From Eledone cirrhosa (Eukaryota): DNA of 64,000 nt. Positions within the stretch are counted from its first letter, which is position 1. Each line of letters starts with the position of its first letter. The stretch covers positions 310,062,001 through 310,126,000 of the forward strand of contig OZ024741.1 of NCBI GenBank assembly GCA_964016885.1, in the 5' to 3' direction. Positions 25,755 through 43,600 of the stretch are shown one piece after another. The notes beneath the pieces are model-generated. The model did not search any database, was not told where the DNA came from, and saw only the letters and a list, made by a program, of their open reading frames with translations. The translations under genes and the position numbers were made by a program.

Positions 25755-26242
25755 TATCTATATATATATAAAACTGAGGATGTCTGTCTGTGTGAGTTTG
25801 AATCCCTAAAACTTGAGAACCACCCAACCGACTCTTTTCAAACTTTACACATGTAATATTTATGTTTCGGGGAGTGTTCTGAGCAAAAAGAATTTCAAAT
25901 TTTCAATGCCCTAGGGACCACATTAGGCGATTTAGTGATCTCTCTCTATAATTCTTAGTCTTTCTCTTTTTAGATAGATACATACATATAACGTCGTGCC
26001 CTTATAATATGTCTGTATGTCTGGTTGTCTGCATTACGTCACTTCCCTGAGGATGTCTGTGTGTGTGTGTGTCTGTGTCTGAATTTGAATCCCTAAAACT
26101 CGAGAAGTACCCAACCGATTTTTTTCAAACTTTACATGTGTATTACTTATGTTTCAGGGAATGTTATGCACATAAAAAATTCAACTTTTTGATCTCCTAA
26201 GGCCCCCATTAGGTGAAAAACACCATACAAGAAATGCCTTAA

Positions 26243-27475
26243 CTCTTTAGTGTTCAAATCGCCCGAAATTATTTCCCCTTCATTTGTTGAAATCGCCCGA
26301 AAACACCCACACTAAAAAATCGTTCTAAAAATAAACAAACCATCATCAAAATCTCGTCAATTCGAGACTGCTGTGAGATTAGGCTCTTACCGTGAAAATT
26401 AACACTTAATATAGTGGAAGAACTTAAAACAACAAGTGTTTTTTTAACTTTGAAAGTGCAACAAATTTTTTTTTTTGTATCAACATGGCTTATGAAAGTA
26501 GCGATACCGACTTTGAAGTTTTTACATACGACGACATTCAGAATAAACAAGAAACAAACGATAATATTAGTGATATATCTTCAAATGAATCTGATGTTTA
26601 TATTTCTGAAATTTCGTCTGACGATGATTGTTTTGAAAGTGAAAACAGAGGAGACTCCAGGGCGCCATTGAAGATATTACAGCAACGTGGTTGAAAAATA
26701 TTGCACTATATGTTCTTGATTTTATTCAAATTACTGATCCACAACACACATTAGCTCCTGATGCTAAAGCTCTGGATTATTTCTTTTTGTTTTTACCACA
26801 AACTTTCTTCGAAGTTGTGGCAGAAGAGATTAATCGATATGCCCAACAACAGATTTCAAATCAAGGAAAACCCGATCTGTTTGGCGACCGACAGAAGCTG
26901 CGGAAATGCAAGTATTTTTTACCGTAAATATTATATTCGGTATAAAACAATTTCCAAGACTGTGGAATTACTAGAACACTGATATAAGGTTTAGTGATTC
27001 TTATATATCAAGTATTATGCTGAAAACAACGTATTTAAAATTAACCCAGTATTTGCACCTGTTGATACTTCAAATGTCCCTATTAATTAATTTCACCTGC
27101 CCATAAAAGTCAAATTTGACCAAAAAAATCAGGTAAAATTATATAATTGTAAATTATTGATATTTAAACATCTACTGACAAAATTTCAAGCCTGCACATA
27201 GAAAATTAAGAAAATTACAAACAAATAAAATTGATAACCCTCTTGAGTATGATTAACTCAAAATAATTGTTTCTACTTTTGGCACAAGGCCAGTAATTAC
27301 CAGTACATTACTGGTACTTTATTTTATCGATCCCGTAAGGATGAAAGGCAAAGTCAACCTCGGCGGGATTTGAACTCGGATCGTAAATGGACGTAACTAT
27401 GCTGGAAAGCATGGCGTCCGACCCTCCACCGATACTGCCAAATGACGTTTGAAAATTAATGCGAATGCTAAAGGG
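26243..27475 (+). mobile_element. Internally deleted piggyBac (PGBD4-like) transposon nested in the Helitron-like element
   Basis: TTAA then CTCTTTAGTGTT at left, AATGCTAAAGGG at right; acidic N-terminus and ALDYFFLFLP..VAEEINRYAQQ in ORFs 26485-26927. Confidence 0.7.
27265..27440 (-). mobile_element. Different tRNA-related SINE nested in the piggyBac remnant
   Basis: Minus-strand B-box-like GAGTTCAAATCCCGCC followed by GAGGTTGACTTTGCCTTTCATCC; degenerate relatives near 16580, 21360 and 62600. Confidence 0.6.
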
Positions 27476-28789
27476 CTAGGGACCGCATTAGGCGATTTAG
27501 CGATCTCGCTCTACAATTCTTAGTCTTTCTCTTTTTAGATAGATACATATAACGTCGCGCCCTTATAATATCTGTCTGTATGTCTGGCTGTCTGCATTAC
27601 GTCACTTCCCTAAGGATGTCTGTCTGTGTGTGTGTGTGTCTGTCTGTGTGTGTGTGTGTCTGTCTGTGTGTGTGTGTGTCTGTCTGTGAGTTTGAATCCC
27701 TAAAACTCGAAGTACCCAACCGATTTTTTTCAAACTTTACATGTGTATTACTTATGTTTCAGGGAGTGTTATGCACATAAAAGGCTAGGGACCGCATTAG
27801 TCGATTTAGCGATCTCTTTCTACAATTCTTAGTCTTTCTTTTTTTGGATAGATACATATAACGTTGTGCTCTTATAATATCTGTCTGTATGTCTGGCTGT
27901 CTGCATTACGTCACTTCCCTAAGGATGTCTGTCTGTCTGAGTTTGAATCCCTAAAACTCGAGAAGTACCCAACCGATTTTTTTCAAACTTTACATGTGTA
28001 TTACTTATGTTTCAGGGAGTGTTATGCACATAAAAGGCTAGGGACCGCATTAGTCGATTTAGCGATCTCTTTCTACAATTCTTAGTCTTTCTTTTTTTAG
28101 ATAGATACATATAACGTTGTGCCCTTATAATATCTGTCTGTATGTCTGGCTGTCTGCATTACGTCACTTCCCTAAGGATGTCTGTCTGTGTGTGTGTCTG
28201 TCTGTGAGTTTGAATCCCTAAAACTCGAGAAGTACCCAACCGATTTTTTTCAAACTTTACATGTGTATTACTTGTTTCAGGGAGTGATCTCCTAAGCCCG
28301 CTTTAGGTGAAAAACTGCGTTTTTTCCAGCTTTTTAGGGTTTTTTTGGCGTTACGTCAGACCGATTTCCTTGAAATTGTAACTATATATTAGTCGGTCTC
28401 TTCTTCATACCGTGAGCAAAGAAAATCCAACTTTTATCCTGTGAAACGCTGGGTACCACTGCTAGTATGTAATAATTGTGTTATTGCATTGTTGAAAGGA
28501 ACTAGTTTGTCATATCTCCATTAGATAATGTTTTTTGAGATCAGTGTTCGTAAACGCAGGGGAAGTCTGCAGTGAGATGTACTTATATACAGCAAGAACT
28601 ACCTTGTGTTGTAACTATCACTGTTGTTTTACGCCTGTTTTTCATACTGATTGGATGATATCCAACCAGGATATCATCCAATCAATAAGTTGTCACGATC
28701 TGAGACTAAACAGGTCAGATGACCACATTTTGCTCATGTGTTCCATTTTGGCATGGTTTCTATGGCTGGGTGCATTATATTTTGGCACC

Positions 28790-29233
28790 AGCACTACCAA
28801 GCTTGCTTGGTGAGGAGAGTGATATTTGGAGACCCTGCAGGATGAAATACAAGACTTGGCAAAGGGCAGAGGAACACAGTAGAGTCAGCGGCCATCCAAA
28901 TAGTACTTTTATTTATTTTTTTTTTTTTCATCTGGGAGTGAAAGGCCCCCAGTTATCACAACAACATTTCTAGGAGAGGGAGACTCTGAAAAAAATATGC
29001 GGCTTCGGAAGCATCCGATGATGTTGACTGGTTCTTCCTTTTCGGGTAGTGTTTTCCATGCTTAGAGTGGGATTGGTTGAGTGCAAGGCCTTTCCCCACT
29101 TAAAAGACATTCAACAGGCATTGCTTGTTCAGGGTATATTACAGGTTTGTGTGATTGGCTGTAGCCTAAAAGTGCACCAAACTCTATAATCCTCCAAGCA
29201 ATTGCAGTACTCTTAGCAGAGTTTGCAGCCATT
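28790..29233 (+). mobile_element. Diverged relative of the non-autonomous element at 36776-37302
   Basis: Shared ACCAAG..CTTGGTGAGGAG, CCTGCAGGA, GCCATCCAAA, CTAGGAGA.GG..ACTCTGA, AGAGTGGGA and the 3' end GTACTC..GAGTT.GCAGCCA. Confidence 0.7.
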
Positions 29234-29266
29234 ATGTATATATATATATATATATGTATATATATG

Positions 29267-29329
<63 letters not shown>

Positions 29330-29403
29330 GTATATATATGTATATATATATATATGTATATATGTATATATATATATATGTATATATGTATATATGTATA
29401 TTG

Positions 29404-29482
<79 letters not shown>

Positions 29483-29483
29483 G

Positions 29484-29545
<62 letters not shown>

Positions 29546-29661
29546 TATGTATATATAAATATGTATATATATATATATGTATATATATATATGTATATAT
29601 ATATATGTATATATATATATGTATATATATATATGTATATATATATGTATATATATATATG

Positions 29662-29716
<55 letters not shown>

Positions 29717-29735
29717 GTATATATATATATGTATG

Positions 29736-29782
<47 letters not shown>

Positions 29783-30177
29783 GTATATATATATATGTAT
29801 ATATATATATGTATATATATATATGTATATATATATATGTATATATATATATGTATATATATATATGTATATATATATATGTATATATATATATATGTAT
29901 ATATATATATGTATATATATATATGTATATATATATATGTATATATATATATGTATATATATATATGTATATGTATATATGTATATGTATATATGTATAT
30001 ATATATATGTATATATATATATGTATATATATATATATGTATATATATACATGTATATATATATATGTATATATATATATGTATATGTATATATGTATAT
30101 GTATATATGTATATATATATGTATATATATATATATATATGTATATGTATATATATATATGTATATATATGTATATG

Positions 30178-30222
<45 letters not shown>

Positions 30223-30285
30223 GTATATATATATATGTATATATATGTATATGTATATATATATATGTATATATATATGTATATG

Positions 30286-30330
<45 letters not shown>

Positions 30331-30377
30331 GTATATATATATATGTATATATATATATGTATATATATATGTATATG

Positions 30378-30422
<45 letters not shown>

Positions 30423-30527
30423 GTATATATATATATGTATATATATATATGTATATATATATATGTATATATATATATGTATATATATATATATGTATAT
30501 ATATATGATGGCATATATATATATATG
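29234..30527. repeat. Irregular (TA)n-TG array, about 1.3 kb
   Basis: TA runs of variable length punctuated by TG; almost no C on the + strand. Confidence 0.95.
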
Positions 30528-30535
30528 ATGGCATA

Positions 30536-32682
30536 CTTGCCATCACCGACACTGATAAGAAGGTAGCTTGGAAGTGTCACTATGAAAGGCTACTAAATGA
30601 GGAGAATAAATGGGAGAAAGACAGTCTCCCCCATATCGACCCGATAGAGGGACCAGCAGTGTTAGTCGAGGGGAGTATAATAAGTAAGGCAATCAAGGAT
30701 ATGAAGACTGGTAAGGCGGCTGGGCCTTCGGAAATAGTTGCTGAGATGCTGAAGGCATCTGGCACGGTGGGACACACCATGGTCACCCGCATAGTTAACC
30801 AAGTCGTACAGAATGGGGTTGTTCCGAAGGACTGGCATAGCAGCATCATCGTTAACTGTTATAAGGGTAAAGGAGACGCCCTAGATAGGAGTAACTATAG
30901 AGGCATTAAATTAATCGACCAGGTCATGAAGGTCACGGAAAAAGTAATAGCGCAACTAATCAGAGAGAGAATTGATCTAGATGAAATGCAGTTCGGGTTT
31001 GTGTCAGGCAAAAGCACCACAGACGCTCTTTTCATAGTACGACAACTACAGGAGAAGTACCTAGCTAAAGGTAAACCCCTCTACTTAGCTTTTGTCGACC
31101 TGGAGAAAGCCTTCGACAGAGTCCCCCGCTCCATTATCTGGTGGGCTCTTAGAAAACTAGGCGTTGACGAATGGCTTGTGAGGGCTATACAAGCCATGTA
31201 TAAAGAAACAGTCAGCAAGGTTAGAATTAACAACGAATATAGTGAAGAGTTTAGCGTAAAAGTTGGCGTCCATCAGGGCTCTGTTCTCAGCCCCCTACTA
31301 TTTATTATTGCCCTTCAGGCTATAACAGAGGAGTTCAAGACAGGCTGCCCATGGGAACTCCTATACGCAGACGACCTGACACTCATAGCGGAATCAATGG
31401 CCGAGCTAGAGAAGAAATTCCAAACATGGAAGCACGGCCTAGAGTCAAAAGGACTTAAAATTAACCTGGCTAAGACCAAAGTTCTAGTTTGTAGGAAAGA
31501 AAACAAGGCGGCGGTCCCTTCTGGGAAATGGTCGTGCTCGGTATGTAGGAAAGGCGTAGGTAGAAACTCCATCTTATGTCCTAAATGCAAAGTATGGGTG
31601 CATAAAAGATGTAGTGGGATCACAGGTAAGCTAACTAAGAACATAGACTTTACATGTGGCCGATGTTCTGGTGCAATAAGTAGCAGCAAGTGCCCACAAA
31701 ATACTAGCTCTTTCAAGTGCGCAGAGGGTTCTATAGAAATAGTGGACAGCTTCCGTTACCTGGGCGATAAAATCAGCAGTGGGGGAGGGTGCTCTGAAAG
31801 TACTGTAGCTAGAGTCAGAACTGGTTGGAAAAAGTTCAGAGAGCTTATACCACTATTAGCTGCTAAAGGGTTCTCCCTAAAAATGAAAGGCAGGTTGTAC
31901 GATGCCTGCATACGAACAGCAATGTTGCATGGTAGTGAGACCTGGGCATTGTGTGCAGAGGATATACGTAGACTAGAGAGGAACGAAGCTTGCATGCTCC
32001 GCTGGATGTGTAACAGTAATATACGTGAACGGCAAAGCATAAACGAACTAAGGAAAAAATTAGAGATAAGAGGGATCAGATGTTGTTTACTCGAGAGAAG
32101 GCTGCGTTGGTATGGACACGTGATGCGCATGAAAGTCGATAGCTGTATTACAAAGTGCAGGGCAATAAAGATAGACGGTAGCCACGGAATAGGCAGACCT
32201 AGAAAAACATGGGATGAGCTGATAAACTCCGACCTCATACACTTACACCTCTCCAAGACAATGTCACTGGACCGTGACCTTTGGCGGTACTCAGTAACAG
32301 AGAAGACCCGCCTTGCCAGTAGGCATCTCTAACAAACTACACCCCGTCCCGCCACCACCCCCACCCCATCCACACCACCCCGTTCCATGTAAAGTTATGT
32401 TGGTGCCGCGCCATCCAGGCCGAAACAAACGAGATCGTGTAGGTGTCACGACAAAAAAACACACAGTCCACGCTGTAATGTGGCCGTGTAGGCAACACGG
32501 TAAAAACCTCCCAGACCCACACTGTAAATGTGGTTGGTGTTAGGAAGGGCATCCAACTGTAGAAAATCTGCCAGACAGTCCTATGCGAGCAAGACAATCA
32601 CTCTTGCCTCAAGTGGGACTACCCCCGTCCAAACCCATGCAAGCGTGGAACACGGACGTTAAACGTTGATGATGATGATGAT
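30536..32682 (+). mobile_element. RTE LINE family A, 5'-truncated, uninterrupted RT-PHD-C-terminal ORF (30659-32332)
   Basis: 557-aa ORF with full RT motifs; 3' UTR and (GAT)n tail. Confidence 0.95.
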
Positions 32683-36690
<4,008 letters not shown>

Positions 36691-37302
36691 TTATGTCAGG
36701 TCACCAGTTGGTGCTACTGGTAACATGTATTCCAGTACAACCTGTCTCATGGTCGGGTCGTTGGCGACTAAACTGGCAACCCCACCAAGGTTTCTTGGTG
36801 AGGAGGGTGGCTTTGGACATCCTGCAGGACTAAAAACAAAACCTGTCAAAAGGCAAAGGGGCTCTTAAGAGTCAATAGCCATCCAAAATCACCGGGAGAG
36901 ATGACCCCTTAGCCTTTGTCAAGGCAGAATTCTAGGAGAAGGAAAACTCTGATATAACACCTGCAACCCTGATGGTATCCAATGATGTTGAATTATTCTT
37001 CTTTTTGGTAAATATCATCTTGGTTAAGAGAGTGGGACTGGCTTTGTGCAGTGCCTTTGCTCACTATAAAAGCTTCACAGCACAGGCATTGCTTTATATC
37101 TGGAGATCTCTCTGCACTTGTCGCCACATGGTACCATGGGCCCAGCACTATGTGTCAATAATTGTCACAGGTGTAGTGTTTGTACCAGAGTTTTCAAGTC
37201 GCTGGCTGGACTAAAAAGTCACACTCGTTCAGCGCATTGGTAGGGGTTCTCCTACATGGATATAGAGCAGTGGCCGTACTCGAAAACGAGTTGGCAGCCA
37301 CC
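36691..37302 (+). mobile_element. Non-autonomous LINE-derived element: RTE-like 5' UTR joined to the last codons of a C2H2 finger and a 3' end
   Basis: CTAGGAGAAGGAAAACTCTGA (recalled as an RTE 5' UTR motif); 37172-37237 reads [22 protein letters not shown]; second copy at 10412-10845. Confidence 0.7.
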
Positions 37303-38410
<1,108 letters not shown>

Positions 38411-38992
38411 AAAAACAAATAACGAAACGAAATTAAATTTTGTTTCGTTTGTAACTCACTTTTGTATGACTGACGCTTAAACAATTAAGTTAAAAATGTA
38501 CATCCACATATGTATACTGAAATACTAGTATGCATATGAATACACACACGTGTACATATGTAGATGTACCGAGTTTTTCACTGGACACTTTACTGTCAGT
38601 GTCCAGCTATTCTGTATGTAAACACACAGACAAACCGGTTTTTAGAGTCATACTGGTTTTCGAGGAAACACCTTTCCTCTATTCTCCAGAAAGCCAGACA
38701 AGGAATATTGGACTAGTTTCGATGTTGTTACATCTCATCAGCAATATTTACCTATCTTCCGGCCTTTCTAGAGAATCGTAAAAGCACATATCGTTATATG
38801 CTTTTTCTATGAAAATTAGTAGTGGGCAGACTAATTTGCATAGAGCGTGAGTACGTACCGGTTCAGCGGAGACGATAAAAACAAATAACGAAACGAAATT
38901 AAATTTCGTTTCGTTTGTAACTCACTTTTGTATGACTGACGCTTAAACAATTAAGTTAAAAATGTACATCCACATATGTATACTGAAATACT
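38411..38992 (-). mobile_element. Retrozyme-like non-coding element: 466-bp unit plus 116-bp terminal redundancy
   Basis: 38411-38526 is repeated at 38877-38992 (one mismatch seen); internal hammerhead and several hairpins; no credible ORF. Confidence 0.75.
38704..38748 (-). ncRNA. Canonical minimal type I hammerhead ribozyme
   Basis: AATATTG-CTGATGA-GATGT AACA ACATC-GAAA-CTAG-TC^CAATATT: 7-bp stem I, 5-bp stem II, palindromic stem III, GUC triplet. Confidence 0.92.
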
Positions 38993-38995
38993 GAA

Positions 38996-40665
<1,670 letters not shown>

Positions 40666-40669
40666 TTAA

Positions 40670-43600
40670 TTTTACTGATGTAGTATTAACTTGGATATTT
40701 ACCATGCGACCCTCAGTTCCTACCTCACAATTTCCCTCCCCCCACCCCCACACACCACCTAGTCTATTCGACCAATCAAACCTAGCATGCCATTTCCACT
40801 GCTGCTGCTACTACCTGCCTAACTAACTCTCTCCTCCTCTGGCGCATCCCAACACACCCTGCCATTACCCCACCACCACTGTTCTTCTAACCCTCAATTT
40901 TCCCACCGTTATGCATGGATGAGCTGGGAATACACGAGCAACTCTGAATCAATAGATGAAATATGAATCTGCGAGCTACCAAGCACCCACGTGAAGCGCC
41001 AACCCAGAGACCCTCCCCTACGAGTGTCGAAAAATGCCCAAAACTCCGAGTTGGTACCATCAATGTAGGCTCAATGAAAGGAAGAGCAGGAGAAATCGTA
41101 GAAATGCTAGAGCGAAAGGAAGTTGATGTATGCTGTGTGCAAGAGACTAGATGGAGAGGAGGGTCTGCTAGAGTCCTTGTGGGAAAAAGCCAGTGCTACA
41201 AATTTTTCTGGGTGGGAAATGACGATGGGATGGGTGGTGTAGGTATACTATTAGCTGACAAGTGGGTAGATAAAGTAATCTCAGTGTACAGGGTAAATGC
41301 AAGAATCATTAAACTCAGACTAGTCCTGAATAAGACAATTACCACAATAATATCAGCTTACGCACCCCAATCGGGGCTGCCAGACGAACTTATGGATAGG
41401 TTTTACGAGTCCCTAATACACACTACTGCTCTAACAGACGACAAGGACTTCCTAATCATTGCAGGAGATTTTAACGGACACGTAGGTAAACACTGCGACG
41501 GCTTCAATAGAGTACATGGAGGCCATGGAGTTGGCACAAGGAATGAGGAAGGATTCAGACTTCTAGAATTCTGCGACGCCAATGACATGTCGATATGTAA
41601 CACAAACTTTAAAAAACCCGACAACCACCTGATCACCTATAGATCAGGGGAGCACTCTAGTCAGTTAGATTTTATCCTCATCAGAGGACGTGACAGATGG
41701 ACGGTCGTAAACACAAAAGCCTTCCCTAGTGAGGAATGTACATCCCAACATAGCTTAGTTGTCAGCGACCTCACGGTCAGAACTAGACGAGCCCTGAAAC
41801 AGAGGCCAACCTGGAGAAGAAAGATCTGGAAGCTGAAAGTCCCCTCAACCAGTAACAGATTTAAAGATATTTTACTCAACGCCTACGACAGTAAAGAAGA
41901 ACAGATAGAGACATTTAACGTAGAAGAGAACTGGGAGTTCCTAAAAAATAACTTACTAGAGGCGACGGATGAGGTTTGTGGCTGGAGTAAGACCTCAAGC
42001 AGGAGGAGAGTGACTTGGTGGTGGAACAATAAGGTAGATGAAGCAGTCAAGGCCAAGAGACAGGCATGGAAAGAATGGAAGAACGGGGGGAGCAGGGTAC
42101 ATTACATAGAGACCAAGAGGGAAGCTAGGCGACAAGTATACTTAGCTAGGAGGGAAGCAGAGGATAGAAAATTCAAGCATGTTTTACAACGTGAGGACCA
42201 GAAACAGGAGGTATTCAAGATTGCGAGGCAGTGTGTCAGAGATAGTTGTGATGTCATTGGAGAGAAGTGTATCCGGAATGATAAAGGTGAGCTTGCCCTC
42301 ACAAGTGCTGAGAAGAAAGATGCATGGAAGAGTCATTATGATAGATTACTAAATGAGGAGAATGCATGGGAAGAAGAGACCCTACCCCACGTAGACCCTA
42401 TAGAGGGACCAGCAGTACAAGTCAGCGGCAGCGTAGTAAGTAAGGCAATCAGAGATATGAAGATAGGGAAGGCAACCGGTCCATCGGGTATAGCTGCCGA
42501 GATGCTGAAGGCATCTGGGTCTGTAGGTCACACTATAACCACACGTATCGTTAACCAGGTAATACTAGAGGGGGCCATACCAAAAGATTGGTGCAGTAGC
42601 ATCATTGTCTACTGCTACAAAGGTAAAGGCGATGCACTAGATAGAGGAAACTATAGAGGTATAAAGTTGATGGACCAGGTCATGAAAGTAACAGAAAGAG
42701 TTATAGCACAGCTGATTAGGGACCGGGTGAATATAGACGAGATGCAATTTGGGTTTGTACCAGGGAAAGGCACCACTGATGCCCTCTTCCTTGTGAGGCA
42801 ATTACAGGAAAAGTACCTAGCTAAAAGTAAGCCACTCTACTTGGCATTTGTCGACCTTGAGAAAGCCTTTGACAGAGTTCCACGTGCAGTAATCTGGTGG
42901 GCTCTTAGAAAACTAGGAGTAGATGAATGGCTTGTGAAAGCGGTACAAGCCATGTATAGAGGAGCAGTCAGCAAAGTTAGGATTGGCAATGAGTATAGCG
43001 AGGAATTTAGCGTACAGGTTGGGGTCCACCAGGGCTCTGTTCTTAGCCCTCTCCTGTTCATCATAGTCCTGCAGGCAATAACGGAGGAGTTTAAGACCGG
43101 ATGCCCATGGGAACTCCTGTATGCTGATGACCTCGCACTCATAGCTGAATCTATGGTAGAACTAGAGAATAAATTCCAAACCTGGAAGCAGGGACTAGAG
43201 AGAAAGGGCCTCAAAGTCAACATGACAAAGACTAAGGTCCTTATAAGTAGACGAGAAAACAGAACCCAGATCCCCTCAGGGAAATGGCCTTGCTCAGTAT
43301 GTAGGAAAGGTGTAGGTAGGAACTCCATTCTCTGCCCCAAATGCAAACAATGGGTACACAAGAGATGTAGCGGGATCTCAGGAAGCTTAATTAAGAATGT
43401 AGGATTCACATGCAGCAGCTGTGATGAAACAGCAAGCAAACAGCCACAGGAAACAAGTACCACCAATCTCTGGGAGGGCTCTGTAGAAACAGTAGACAGC
43501 TTCTGCTACCTAGGTGACCGAATTAGCAACGGAGGTGGGTGCTCAGAAAGTACAATAACTAGGGTAAGAACGGGATGGAAGAAGTTTAGGGAACTACTAC

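Larger units (their letters stand above)
25757..28465 (+). mobile_element. Non-autonomous Helitron-like element with internal 250-310 bp tandem repeats
   Basis: 5' TC after A, 3' CTAG before T; about five copies of a unit containing (GTCT/GT)n-TTTGAATCCCTAAAACTCGAGAAGTACCCAACCGA. Confidence 0.65.

Noticed and set aside
36691-36780. Possible twister or HDV-like ribozyme in the hairpin-rich leader
   Set aside because: Partial matches (TAA-CATG..CATG, CCAGT/ACTGG, C-TAA) did not assemble into a complete fold by eye; needs a covariance-model search
38640-38690. Second hammerhead in the retrozyme-like unit (stem-loop followed by GAAA on the minus strand)
   Set aside because: No CTGANGA core at the required position
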